Virus record (IMG/VR): IMGVR_UViG_3300002220_006617
Span: 63,666-127,665 of that record
Reading direction: 5' to 3' (one strand)
DNA from: a virus
Lineage: Duplodnaviria > Caudoviricetes
Length of the DNA: 64,000 bases
Part shown: in pieces, positions 1 to 9,567 of the stretch
How positions within the stretch are numbered: the stretch's first letter is position 1
How the letters are laid out: every line of letters starts with the position of its first letter
The notes under the pieces: generated by a model
What the model was told of the DNA's origin: nothing
Seen by the model: only the letters and a program-made list of their open reading frames with translations
Database searches by the model: none
Program-made: the position numbers and the translations under genes

Positions 1-669
1 GCATTTGAAGGAATTGACGGAAGCGGCAAAACCAGCATTCTGTCAAGACTCTGTAAAGAATACGGGGACAACCCGAAATACCAGTTCTCAAAAGAACCCA
101 CGCGGTCTAGTACTGGGGACGCCTGTTACCAAGCCATCAACAGTGGCGACGAGATCCTCGCAGCCCTGGCATTTGCCGTCGATCACCGCTGGCACATCAA
201 ACACGTCATTGAACCTGCACTGGCCGCCGGCAACCATATCTTCACAGACCGGTACATCCACAGCCACTATGCTTATCAGGTCCAGACACTCGAGAACGAT
301 CCCGATCTCGACGCCAAAAACACAAGCCCTATAGACTGGCTCGACGCCATTTACACCCCGTTCACCCGGTACCCGGACTACGTGTTCTGGTTTGTCGTTG
401 ACCCTGACGAAGCAGTCAACCGCATCAAATCGTCCAGGACAAAAGACAAGATCGACCTGTATGAAACTGCAGAGTTCCTCAGTAAGGTCCACACAGAATA
501 TCAAAAACAACTGGTATCCAACCGCATCAACGCCGACAACTCCGTGTACCTTGTCATCGACACCAACCTCAAAAACCTCGACGAAGTCTACCAGGACGTT
601 GTCATGTGTCTTGAGACCCTGAACATATTGCCATCAGCAAACCCTAATACCCCGGACGCCCCAGTATAA
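1..669 (+). CDS. tmk: Thymidylate (dTMP) kinase, 5' truncated
   Basis: Frame 1 from base 1 reads AFEGIDGSGKTS (P-loop), then SKEPT, FAVDHRWH, FTDRYIHSHYAYQ and stays open to TAA at 667-669. The ORF track shows only the C-terminal part. Confidence 0.92.
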   Translation, partial: AFEGIDGSGKTSILSRLCKEYGDNPKYQFSKEPTRSSTGDACYQAINSGDEILAALAFAVDHRWHIKHVIEPALAAGNHIFTDRYIHSHYAYQVQTLENDPDLDAKNTSPIDWLDAIYTPFTRYPDYVFWFVVDPDEAVNRIKSSRTKDKIDLYETAEFLSKVHTEYQKQLVSNRINADNSVYLVIDTNLKNLDEVYQDVVMCLETLNILPSANPNTPDAPV

Positions 670-844
670 CCAGCACAGACAACAGGCCAGGTAACCAGAT
701 TCAGCAACCTGTGTTACCGGATTGAAGTTCCCGCACGTAACCCTGCCGGTTGATACCGTCAGGGATATCGGCGGGACCTTCCCACCTGCCGGTTAATGAT
801 TTTCTGTACGGTACAACACAATCCTTCGAGATCCAGCAACGACC

Positions 845-1033
845 ATGATACCAGACAACCATCAGATCCGCAAAGGCCGGGACCTTCGATGCCCGGGATG
901 CAGCCTCAGAAAACATGCACGATACCGGAGCGGTACCCACGATTTCCGGTGCTGTCATTGCGGTAAAATCTTCACTCGAGAACAGGCCCTTGAATTCATG
1001 ACTCAGCTTGACGCTGGACTCATGGCAGCATAA
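845..1033 (+). CDS. Small zinc-ribbon protein
   Basis: CPGC...CCHC motif pair in 62 aa. Confidence 0.6.
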   Translation: MIPDNHQIRKGRDLRCPGCSLRKHARYRSGTHDFRCCHCGKIFTREQALEFMTQLDAGLMAA

Positions 1034-1049
1034 TCACAGACGACACATC

Positions 1050-1790
1050 ATGACAAACATCATCAGCGCGTCACGACGCACAGATTTACCGGCACTGTTC
1101 CCCGAACAGACTATCCGGACTATCATGAAAATGCATTACGAGACCCCGGTTGATGCCGTCGTATTCTGGACGAAAAACGCCGAGCCGATACTACCGTACC
1201 TCGACATCCTCACCGAAGCAAGAATCCCTTTTTATTTCCAGTATACCGTCAACGGCTACGACAAGACCTGGGAACCCGGCGTTCCCGAACTTGCCGATAA
1301 AATCAAAACCTTCCAGGCCCTCGCAAAACTGATCGGAAAAGACCGGGTCATCTGGAGATACGATCCGATCTTCATCGCCGAGAACTGGTTCATCTACGAA
1401 CACCTGCTCCAGCTCAACAAAATCTCCATGGCACTCAAAGATTCAACCCAGAAACTCGTATTCAGTTTCTTCGACCCCTACCCGAAACTCGGTGCCACCC
1501 CAATCCGGCCGCCCAACGAAGACGAACAACAGGCTGTTTTCAATCATATCAAACAACTCGGCGTCTACTACAACTGGGAAGTCGCCACCTGTGCCGAACT
1601 CATCGGGTCCCACGGCATCATCAAACCCAACCGGTGCATTGACCCGGTCCTGCTCAAAAACCTGGGCGTCAAGATGGACCACATCCAAAAAGATTACAGC
1701 CAGAGAAAAACCTGCGGCTGCATCAAAAGCACTGACATCGGAACCTACCACACCTGCACTCACGGGTGCCGGTACTGTTACGCGAGGTAA
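1050..1790 (+). CDS. DUF1848-family protein (spore-photoproduct-lyase/radical-SAM related)
   Basis: IISASRRTDLPA N-terminus, VFWTKN, WRYDPI, and C-terminal CGC..S.DIG.Y.TCTHGCRYCYA (CxxxCxxC). Confidence 0.85.
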   Translation: MTNIISASRRTDLPALFPEQTIRTIMKMHYETPVDAVVFWTKNAEPILPYLDILTEARIPFYFQYTVNGYDKTWEPGVPELADKIKTFQALAKLIGKDRVIWRYDPIFIAENWFIYEHLLQLNKISMALKDSTQKLVFSFFDPYPKLGATPIRPPNEDEQQAVFNHIKQLGVYYNWEVATCAELIGSHGIIKPNRCIDPVLLKNLGVKMDHIQKDYSQRKTCGCIKSTDIGTYHTCTHGCRYCYAR

Positions 1791-1794
1791 ACCC

Positions 1795-1971
1795 ATGACC
1801 CCTGAAGAAAAATCCCACGCAATTGCACTGATCCAACACGCAATCACCATCAGAAAATCAGATATTTCATCCTACGCTGATCAAATCCGCGATTTCAACA
1901 ACCGGATAACGTCAGCAGAAGACGATATCGCCATGATGACCGAACAAATAACCGCAATCCAGTTGGGGTAA
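1795..1971 (+). CDS. Small coiled-coil hypothetical protein
   Basis: ATG 1795 immediately after previous stop; heptad-like sequence. Confidence 0.6.
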   Translation: MTPEEKSHAIALIQHAITIRKSDISSYADQIRDFNNRITSAEDDIAMMTEQITAIQLG

Positions 1972-1975
1972 CCCC

Positions 1976-2269
1976 ATGGAAGACGATTACGTTAAAAAAC
2001 AGATGGAATGCAACCAGCAGATCAAGGATAACCTGAACACTATCCGTCTAAACGTAGCATGCCTGAACGAAATAGCCTGGGACTTACGCCAAGTCGGCAT
2101 GTGTATTCTGGAAAAACGAATTACTCACATTACCGGCAACATGAATATCTGTCTCGAAACAATCGAAAGAGCCGATCGGCAGCACACGAACAACTATATG
2201 GACCTCGATGCCAAAGCGCAGACCGAGTTCTTCAAGGCCTGCTGCGATTTTTCCAAGGAGACGCCGTAA
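1976..2269 (+). CDS. Hypothetical protein
   Basis: Operon packing. Confidence 0.6.
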   Translation: MEDDYVKKQMECNQQIKDNLNTIRLNVACLNEIAWDLRQVGMCILEKRITHITGNMNICLETIERADRQHTNNYMDLDAKAQTEFFKACCDFSKETP

Positions 2270-2568
2270 TGTATGCCAGTGCCATAGTCTTCCACGACGG
2301 CAGAATCATTGATACAGCCAGCATTGATTTCAAAATCCTGCCAAATAACAGGGTAGAGATCACCCACTCCTCGTATTACAAACCCTGTTCATTCCCTGAC
2401 CAGTTTGAAATCGTCGATCTCAGCGAGATCAAGTTCATCCGACCGTGGAGTCTCCACGATCCCGACATCTACTCATCGCTGGCACGGATCATCGATCTTG
2501 CCATGAACGCCTGGCCGCTCAACGGCTCGATCATCAACCACTACCGGTGCAAAGGACTTGAATTATGA
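2269..2568 (+). CDS. Hypothetical protein
   Basis: TAATG stop/start overlap with GGAG upstream. Confidence 0.6.
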   Translation: MYASAIVFHDGRIIDTASIDFKILPNNRVEITHSSYYKPCSFPDQFEIVDLSEIKFIRPWSLHDPDIYSSLARIIDLAMNAWPLNGSIINHYRCKGLEL

Positions 2569-2879
2569 TCATTGATACCCCTGAATTTACCGACATCACA
2601 TTATTTAACAACGAGATCCAGCGCCCGAACCTGCCAGAATCCGTCATGAACATGACATACCGGTGCGACGAATGCAAACAGACGTTCAAAGGCTACGACA
2701 TAGTCCTCCACCCCTTCCACAACAACGTCAGAATCTTCGCAATCATCCGCCTAATTGAAAACGGCACCACTAGTATCGGATCCAGCAACCCCGACAACCT
2801 GCCAAAAGAAAACCAGTATACCACCATGCACTGCCCTCATTGCGACATGGTCCACCTGTTCGGGTTTGATGCAGCATGA
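2565..2879 (+). CDS. Zinc-binding hypothetical protein
   Basis: CDEC...CPHC; ATGA overlaps. Confidence 0.6.
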   Translation: MIIDTPEFTDITLFNNEIQRPNLPESVMNMTYRCDECKQTFKGYDIVLHPFHNNVRIFAIIRLIENGTTSIGSSNPDNLPKENQYTTMHCPHCDMVHLFGFDAA

Positions 2880-3322
2880 CAAGGATAGAACAGCAGAAAG
2901 AAAGCCCCTACCTTAATATCCTGAATTTTCTATCGTCGCATAAACGATACACGGCTCGACTTTATACAAAATCCATTATTGAAAAATTGAATACCGGAAA
3001 ACTAGAAGCAAAAAACCAGGGTGAAAAACAAAATGAAGGATGGATCCGATTAAGATCATTGTATAAAGATCTGGTTGAATCCAAAGAAATCCCCAATCAG
3101 ACTACATTTTACCGGTTACTGAAAGATCTGGAAACGGATCATGTCATCATAAAATCTGAAGATAATGATTACCGGGGTAAAGGTAAAAAACCTACAATAT
3201 ATAAAGTCCCGGTAATGTATCCCGAATCCATCTTCAATTACGACTCAAAAGACAACGCGATAATTGCACGTCTTTACGAAGACCTGGAGATGGCAAAAAC
3301 ACAGCAAAAGGAACAACCATGA
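2876..3322 (+). CDS. Winged helix-turn-helix DNA-binding protein
   Basis: Recognition helix TTFYRLLKDLE followed by wing VIIK...GKGKKPTIYKV; AT-richer than neighbours. Confidence 0.65.
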   Translation: MTRIEQQKESPYLNILNFLSSHKRYTARLYTKSIIEKLNTGKLEAKNQGEKQNEGWIRLRSLYKDLVESKEIPNQTTFYRLLKDLETDHVIIKSEDNDYRGKGKKPTIYKVPVMYPESIFNYDSKDNAIIARLYEDLEMAKTQQKEQP

Positions 3323-3675
3323 CCTCTAATCCCTGTTATCCCGTAACAGAACTGGAACTACGCCAGATTCAGAACGACTGCAAATATCCACATACCATCA
3401 ACTGTGACGGCTGCGATTGTTTTGACAAAGACGTATTCTGCACATTCAGCGCAAACATCCTGATAGACGACATAAAAAAACGGTTCATCGAACCTGCGCC
3501 GACAGCGAAACCCCAGCAGAATGAACCATCTGGAAATTCCAGACAGTTGGAAGAGATCGTAGGAGAAATACACGGCCTGACGTTTTTGGCAGCAACACAG
3601 ACCGGAAACGAGCATGCAGTCAAGGCATGTAATCTATCAGCCGATTTACTCCGGCAGCAAAAGGCGCGGCGATGA
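3319..3675 (+). CDS. Cys-rich hypothetical protein
   Basis: C..CDGCDC...C; ATGA overlap. Confidence 0.6.
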   Translation: MTSNPCYPVTELELRQIQNDCKYPHTINCDGCDCFDKDVFCTFSANILIDDIKKRFIEPAPTAKPQQNEPSGNSRQLEEIVGEIHGLTFLAATQTGNEHAVKACNLSADLLRQQKARR

Positions 3676-3932
3676 ATGAATACGACTTATCATGCTCAGT
3701 AAGTCACCATTTCAATAGGCAACCGATAGAAATTGACGAAGCGGCGTATGAAGAACAAGAAAAACAAAGGCTGTTAACATTCACTAAATACGAGCGTTCT
3801 CTGTGGTGCTGGATATGCGGATTTACCCTTGACCCGTGTGATTTTCCAACCCCAAAGGAAGGAGTGGCTGCATTTGAATCACATTTAAAAGAATGTGAGG
3901 CTGGTTGGAGAAACGAAGGAGATGCCCCATGA
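3672..3932 (+). CDS. C2HC zinc-finger hypothetical protein
   Basis: CWIC...HLKEC. Confidence 0.6.
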   Translation: MNEYDLSCSVSHHFNRQPIEIDEAAYEEQEKQRLLTFTKYERSLWCWICGFTLDPCDFPTPKEGVAAFESHLKECEAGWRNEGDAP

Positions 3933-4399
3933 CCGCAGAGCAGCCGGAACAACAGACGGCTATCCAAACATGTGACAACATCCTCGAAGAACTCCACGAC
4001 ATTCTGAAAGAACATGGAGAATCGGAAGATTATCGCCTTGTCGAAGCAATAGCAGATTTGCACGAACGGGTCACACTATGGAAAAAACGCCAAGATATCC
4101 GTTCCCGCCCTGCCAGCCACAACAACGCAGCATTGGCAAGGGAACTATCTGCAAAACCGTGCATTGGGAAGTATGAACTCTGCCCATGTGAAGATGAATG
4201 TAATATGCCATTGACTTGCAAATCGGTTTCTGATATGGTGCAAGAGAATAGAAAGGGAGCCGCCAAGCAGGAGTGGGAGCGTGTGCTGAATGAACTATAG
4301 GAATTTGGGCAAGAGATGGAGTGCTTGAACGAAGCGTGTTGCCGGTCGGCATTTCGGGATAAGATAGCATCCCTCCGGCAGCAGGAGGCGCAGCAATGA
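3929..4399 (+). CDS. Hypothetical protein interrupted by an in-frame TAG at 4298-4300 (pseudogene or read-through)
   Basis: The frame stays open 32 codons past TAG to TGA 4397-4399, which overlaps the next ATG (4396). Confidence 0.5.
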
Positions 4400-4992
4400 C
4401 TCAAGAATGCCCATGCACCACCTGCACCAAACCAACCTGCCCCACTCCCTGCGAAATCTACGACGGCTGGTGGTATAGCCATCATTCCACGGAGAAACCA
4501 TGCGAGTAGACTACCGGGCACGAATCAAAGAACTGGTTGAAAAACAGACCGAACAGTTCCTGACTAACGCTCCTGAAAAAGACAAGATCAAAACCCTGAT
4601 CAAACTCCAGGAACTCCAAAGAAAACGAGCTGAATCCGGATGTGACTATTAATGGGATGTTGCGACTACTGTGCACTCGGCCTAGTAAACTTCTGCAACC
4701 TCTGTGACACCATAGAGGGCAGACAGTTACATTGGGACTACGTCCATCTCTGGCATCTCGAAGGCCTGTTCCCCTGCGATTACAACAGTCCCACCACAGA
4801 ATGGATTGATAAATCACAAGACTGGCTCGATCAGATGAACCAACAGACACACCAGACCGTGCAGATCAGGATACGACCATGAAATGCTCACAATGCACTG
4901 AACAAAACCGGTCCGGCTGCTGCAGGGATCCCAAAACCTGCATCTTCAAACCGGAACTCGAAGAAAAGGACGTGAAAAAAGATGACAATTAA
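4396..4992 (+). CDS. Cluster of four tiny overlapping ORFs (4396-4509, 4500-4652, 4652-4882, 4879-4992), mostly Cys-rich
   Basis: Translated by hand; overlapping stop/start junctions. Confidence 0.5.
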
Positions 4993-5377
4993 ACCCCAGA
5001 AAGTCCCTGAACGATGCCAGTATTGCTGTGCCCTGACCCAGTATACCCCGGAAGATTTCGAAGACGAGATCTGCACAAAAGACAAAATCAACCAGTACTA
5101 CTGCGATTGCGGGCGCGACGCAGACGGATACGAATACCAGGGCGAAGACATGTCCAATCTTGAAGAAATCATCCGGAACTGCGGTACATCAGACCTGGCC
5201 CAGATCACTGTATCTCATGGAGCAACCATGTATACGGTCCATACCCTGGCAACCACCGCTAACGCCCAGTTAACAACCCTAGGATCAGCAACTGTATCAG
5301 AACCCGGAAAACTCGTCGATCTTCTCAAAGAAATCTGCGGAGCCAACTTCGATCTGGAAATCATCGAAGTGATATGA
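4982..5377 (+). CDS. Hypothetical protein with Cys cluster
   Basis: CQYCC, CDC; operon packing. Confidence 0.55.
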   Translation: MTIKPQKVPERCQYCCALTQYTPEDFEDEICTKDKINQYYCDCGRDADGYEYQGEDMSNLEEIIRNCGTSDLAQITVSHGATMYTVHTLATTANAQLTTLGSATVSEPGKLVDLLKEICGANFDLEIIEVI

Positions 5378-5736
5378 TTGGCCGCCCCGTATGAAATCAC
5401 CAAAGATGACGGCGGGTATATGCTCCAGAACAACACCGGCCAGCGAATCCTGTTCCACATGGACCGGGAAACCCTGTTCAGTTTCTTCAAAGAACTCCGG
5501 ACAGGCCTGACCAAACCGGAGATCATTGCCATCTGCGACACCCTCGATCGGCCCGGCCTGACGAAAACCAACAAAGCATGGTATGCCACACCATGACCCG
5601 AACCCCGTCAATTCTGCTTGCCCTCAGACTCATGGCAATCATGGAAGAAGATCCCGATTTCTACTGGCTGTTCGAACGGTCAGCAGAATGGTATCAGATC
5701 CATTACCAGCGTCCTGTTGAGACGATCGGCGAATAA
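5378..5736 (+). CDS. Two small hypothetical ORFs (5378-5596, 5593-5736)
   Basis: ATGA overlap at 5593; second ORF reads MTRTPSILL...ETIGE. Confidence 0.45.
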
Positions 5737-5810
5737 TCCCGTTTTCAAGAACATCACTGTCAATTCCACCGCGGTATCCCAAAAACGAAACCAAACGCAG
5801 GTTATCTCCC

Positions 5811-5854
5811 AACGAGTGTCTCTCGAAAAAATTACCAAAAGGTACTAGTGAATG
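5811..5854 (+). promoter_or_regulatory. Conserved AAAATTACCAAAAG-N10-ATG element, copy 1 (36 bp identical to 14973-15008)
   Basis: aacgagtgtctctcgaaaaaattaccaaaaggtact occurs identically at both loci. Confidence 0.75.
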
Positions 5855-6328
5855 TCATCGTTAACTATCATCTCTGGTGGTCAGACTGGTGCTGACCAAG
5901 GTGCATTGCTCGCTGCTCATGATCTCGGTATCCCTACTGGCGGATACATCACCCGCGGTTTCATGACGGAAAAAGGCCCGATGCCCGCACTCGCTGATTT
6001 CGGACTGATCGCACTCGATACGTCAGACTACGTGACCCGTACCCGTATGAACGCGATGAAAGGGGACGTAACCTTCTGGTCGGGGACCGAAGATTCCCGC
6101 GGTTTCCTCGCCACCAAACGAGAATGCCGCAATGCCGGTAAACCGTTCATTGTCACCACCCACTGGTGCGTTGCACAACTGATGGAATACATCAACGAGC
6201 ACCCGCAGTATCACATCCTGAATTTCGCAGGCAACCGTGAATCGTCCAGCCCGGGCATCCAGGAAAATTCCAGAGCCTTCCTGCGCCTGGCATTCACCCC
6301 ATTCGCCCCGAGGAGGCCATTACCATGA
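5852..6328 (+). CDS. SLOG-superfamily protein (putative molybdenum carrier / YpsA-like)
   Basis: IISGGQTGADQGAL, RTRMN, LNFAGNRES motifs. Confidence 0.85.
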   Translation: MSSLTIISGGQTGADQGALLAAHDLGIPTGGYITRGFMTEKGPMPALADFGLIALDTSDYVTRTRMNAMKGDVTFWSGTEDSRGFLATKRECRNAGKPFIVTTHWCVAQLMEYINEHPQYHILNFAGNRESSSPGIQENSRAFLRLAFTPFAPRRPLP

Positions 6329-6729
6329 TACCACCAAAACCTGTCGTCCACATGGACAAAATCTGCAGAGTTTATGCGCATGACCACCCGAACTACATGT
6401 TCATCTTTGGCGACAACGATGCCAGAATGGGCTTTGGCGGCCTTGCAGCAGAACTTCGGGGATTGCCCAATGCATTCGGCATCCGCGTCAAAAAAGCCCC
6501 TACAATGAAGCCTGAGGCCTTCTACAATGACAACGACAACCACGAAGGCATCATCAAAATCAACCAGGACCTCCAGCACATCCGGGCCAACTGGAACCTC
6601 TACGACAAGATCGTCTTCCCGAAAGCGGGAGTGGGCACAGGCAGGGCCCTGCTCAAGGTGAAAGCACCGCAAACGTATGAACGTCTCGTCAAAATCTGCC
6701 GCGACCACGGCTTCGAGCAACCATCATGA
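6325..6729 (+). CDS. Phage Macro-like protein (FIFGDN...G.GG type)
   Basis: FIFGDNDARMGFGGLAAELRGLPNAFGI...FPKAGVGTGRA; this type often neighbours SLOG/DUF4326 genes in phages. Confidence 0.55.
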   Translation: MIPPKPVVHMDKICRVYAHDHPNYMFIFGDNDARMGFGGLAAELRGLPNAFGIRVKKAPTMKPEAFYNDNDNHEGIIKINQDLQHIRANWNLYDKIVFPKAGVGTGRALLKVKAPQTYERLVKICRDHGFEQPS

Positions 6730-6878
6730 GCTGCCGCGGCTGCGACCAGTTCGGGAACAATCAGTGTAGCCTCAACTACACCCCATTCTCTCTTGAACCG
6801 TATATGATCGAAGAAGGCTGCCTCTACAAATCAATCGGCGGCATCGAAGCAACACCAGCACAAAGGAAGGAATAAACT

Positions 6879-7532
6879 ATGGAACCACAGATGACAGCAA
6901 AAGTAACGTTAGAACCGATTGTTGAAAACAAGACCTGCACGTCCTGTGCAGCATGGGTAGAGCATTTCTGTGAAAGCACCGACATTGCAAACTATTCCTG
7001 CACCCACGGCCTCAGGATCACGGCAGCATCATGGAACAACCCCTGCGGTCGTCACGTCAACATCGCCGCAGCCCAGGCAATCTGCGCAAGTTGCAGAAGA
7101 ATAAACACCTGCCCCGATGCATCCATCCCGGAAGGCTGGCACAACCCGGGATGCGGGCACTGTCTTCTCATCAAAGCCGAATACCTGTCCGGCAGACAAA
7201 TGTTCGACAAGATAGAGGCTTACGAACTCGAATACGACCCCAACTCCTGCTACGATGCCGGTGAAGCCCTTCATTCAGAAGTCTGCGAGAACTGCATAGC
7301 CGATCCCTGCCCGTTCGGCAAGGATAACAAAGAATACGCTGACGCATGGCTCAACTGCCCGACCCTCAGACCATGGATCAAGAACGTTTTCACTGACATG
7401 GTCAAAGAAGCCATCCTCAAACTGGCAATCCTTGAAGAAACCATGTCCGAAGAAGACAGCGAGATGTGCGTCCAGGAAGACGGCGTCATCTGCCACGGCT
7501 GCGGTGACTGCGGGAGAATGGAGGCACAATGA
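6879..7532 (+). CDS. Cys-rich multi-metal-binding hypothetical protein
   Basis: Multiple CxxC motifs, terminal CHGCGDC. Confidence 0.6.
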   Translation: MEPQMTAKVTLEPIVENKTCTSCAAWVEHFCESTDIANYSCTHGLRITAASWNNPCGRHVNIAAAQAICASCRRINTCPDASIPEGWHNPGCGHCLLIKAEYLSGRQMFDKIEAYELEYDPNSCYDAGEALHSEVCENCIADPCPFGKDNKEYADAWLNCPTLRPWIKNVFTDMVKEAILKLAILEETMSEEDSEMCVQEDGVICHGCGDCGRMEAQ

Positions 7533-7822
7533 CCCACATGGACCAATTTTTCCCTGCCCCGGGCATCGGAGTAAGCCGGACTGACATCTCAAAACGGGTA
7601 TATCAAGAACGTTTCAACCTCTGCGAGGCTACTGCAGACGACAAGGCTGCCCGGCTGACTGACGATCAGATGAAACAGATCGCCGAAAGTTTCACAGAAT
7701 CGTTCTTTGAAATGCGACAGGGAACCATCAATATCAACGACGATGGCAACCTGTATCCTTCAGTCCTCAACGAAGCATACCGCTGGTGTGAAGAAGATTC
7801 AACAACCTGGGTGGAACCATGA
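7529..7822 (+). CDS. Hypothetical protein
   Basis: GGAGG SD and ATGA overlap. Confidence 0.6.
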   Translation: MTHMDQFFPAPGIGVSRTDISKRVYQERFNLCEATADDKAARLTDDQMKQIAESFTESFFEMRQGTININDDGNLYPSVLNEAYRWCEEDSTTWVEP

Positions 7823-7923
7823 CCCACTGTGACGAATGCGGCAAACCGCTAAACCAGAACGAAGATGCATCCTGGGACTGCCCATACTGCGGAGCTCACT
7901 ACAGCCCGTTCGACGGGTGAACC

Positions 7924-8133
7924 ATGTACCTCAGTATATTTTTCATGAGTATAATCTTCATGACAATCGTGTATTATTTCCTGTTTGAAGGCTGGATTGG
8001 ACATGAATCAAATTTCGGCAAGAATCACCCATTCATTGCTTTCCCCCTCAAACTCGTCAGTTTCGGCATATCGTTTGTCATCGGATATCTCATCACAGTA
8101 TATCTCACCTTCTATGCAGGCTGGTTATCATGA
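7924..8133 (+). CDS. Small two-TM membrane protein
   Basis: Two hydrophobic segments. Confidence 0.6.
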   Translation: MYLSIFFMSIIFMTIVYYFLFEGWIGHESNFGKNHPFIAFPLKLVSFGISFVIGYLITVYLTFYAGWLS

Positions 8134-8759
8134 AATCAAACGACATCAAATCTTTCACAGATCCCGAATTGATCAGCACAATTCTCAAGATCCAGGAAAC
8201 GGAAAAGGACCACCCAAAAAGAACAAACCCTGTCATAAAAAACATCCTTGCCACCCTCAACCAGAGGAAAGAACTCACATCATTCGAAGACCTCACCGCA
8301 AACTACGGGATCGGATCAGAAACCGCCCTCAAGGTCCTCGCATGCTTCGAAGTCGCCCGCCGGTACCAGGCATCAGGCGACCCCTCCTACAGAATCACCC
8401 AGCCGGAAGACTGCCTGAAACTCCTCGACCCCTACCGGGAGAAAAAACAGGAACATTTCATTGCATTCACCCTGAACGGAGCCGGAGAAGTAATCGGCAA
8501 CCGGGTTATCACAATCGGATTGCTCAATCACAGCCTCGTCCACCCGCGGGAAGTCTTTGCCGACGCCGTCACTGACCGGGCAGCATCCATCATCGTCGCC
8601 CACAACCACCCGTCAGGCTCCTTAGAACCCAGCAGCCAGGATATCGCCATCACCACCCAGCTGAAAGAAGCCGGCGCTATCCTCGGCATCCAGCTGATCG
8701 ACCATCTCATCGTAACAAAAACGGGCCATGTATCCATGAGAGAACGGGGATTAGTATGA
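8130..8759 (+). CDS. radC: RadC-family JAB/MPN domain protein
   Basis: QEHF, HPREVF, AHNHPSG..PS..D, LIDHLIV. Confidence 0.93.
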   Translation: MKSNDIKSFTDPELISTILKIQETEKDHPKRTNPVIKNILATLNQRKELTSFEDLTANYGIGSETALKVLACFEVARRYQASGDPSYRITQPEDCLKLLDPYREKKQEHFIAFTLNGAGEVIGNRVITIGLLNHSLVHPREVFADAVTDRAASIIVAHNHPSGSLEPSSQDIAITTQLKEAGAILGIQLIDHLIVTKTGHVSMRERGLV

Positions 8760-8908
8760 GTTACCAAGAAGAATGCATTGCATTCGCAAACGACGCCCGC
8801 GAACGCGGAAACGCTCAAACTGAACAGGATTGGGAAGATCAGGCACTAGGCAACTATTACCTGAATGAAGATTAACCATTTTTTTTATGTACCGGAGCAC
8901 AGACGACC

Positions 8909-9274
8909 ATGCATCAACCACACGTAATCCACAGCAACCTCCAGAAAACTGAAGAATACCTCGAGAAAGCAACCGCAGGTATCGGAAACCTCACCGATAT
9001 CCTGAACCGCCCGAGAGCCATCCGGTTCTATGCACAAGCACATTTCGAAGCAGAAGAACGTACCTGCTGGGTCATCAGCGTCTACCTTGACATTGAAGGC
9101 AACAACGGCCTTCACCTGACCCTCAACCCGGAAACGATCTGCGTTTTCAATGCCCCACGGCTCAGTTACAACAACTGGAAACAACAGCGCGACCAGGACC
9201 GGCCAAAAGCCCAGAAAGAACTGGAACGTACCGCAGCAAAATGGGGTTGCACAGTCATGCCAATCGCGGAATGA
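8909..9274 (+). CDS. Hypothetical protein
   Basis: GGAG upstream; open frame. Confidence 0.6.
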   Translation: MHQPHVIHSNLQKTEEYLEKATAGIGNLTDILNRPRAIRFYAQAHFEAEERTCWVISVYLDIEGNNGLHLTLNPETICVFNAPRLSYNNWKQQRDQDRPKAQKELERTAAKWGCTVMPIAE

Positions 9275-9567
9275 TCATGAACGCCAACCAGAAAACTGCA
9301 ATCGTCTACACGATACATGACATCCTTAAATGGACTATTGCAACAGAATGGACCCTCATCTGTGCATACTTAATTGCCAAAATCATAACATGGACCAACC
9401 CGCAACCAATCACGCCCGTTGGCTACGCTGTCGTGTTCATCATCATGTACATCCTCTGCATACCCCAGGTCCTCATCCACGGCCTTTACCTTGACCATCT
9501 CGAAAAACTCAACGAACCGCCCGCGGCTATCCTCGGCATTGACCCGGCGGTCAGGAACCGGGAATGA
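9271..9567 (+). CDS. Membrane protein (2 TM)
   Basis: Two hydrophobic helices; ATGA overlaps. Confidence 0.6.
   Translation: MIMNANQKTAIVYTIHDILKWTIATEWTLICAYLIAKIITWTNPQPITPVGYAVVFIIMYILCIPQVLIHGLYLDHLEKLNEPPAAILGIDPAVRNRE

Noticed and set aside
716-810. Fluoride riboswitch resemblance (GGATTGAAGTTCCC...TAATGATTTTCT)
   Set aside because: Only partial consensus, a competing long stem, and no fluoride-related gene downstream; an Infernal search would settle it
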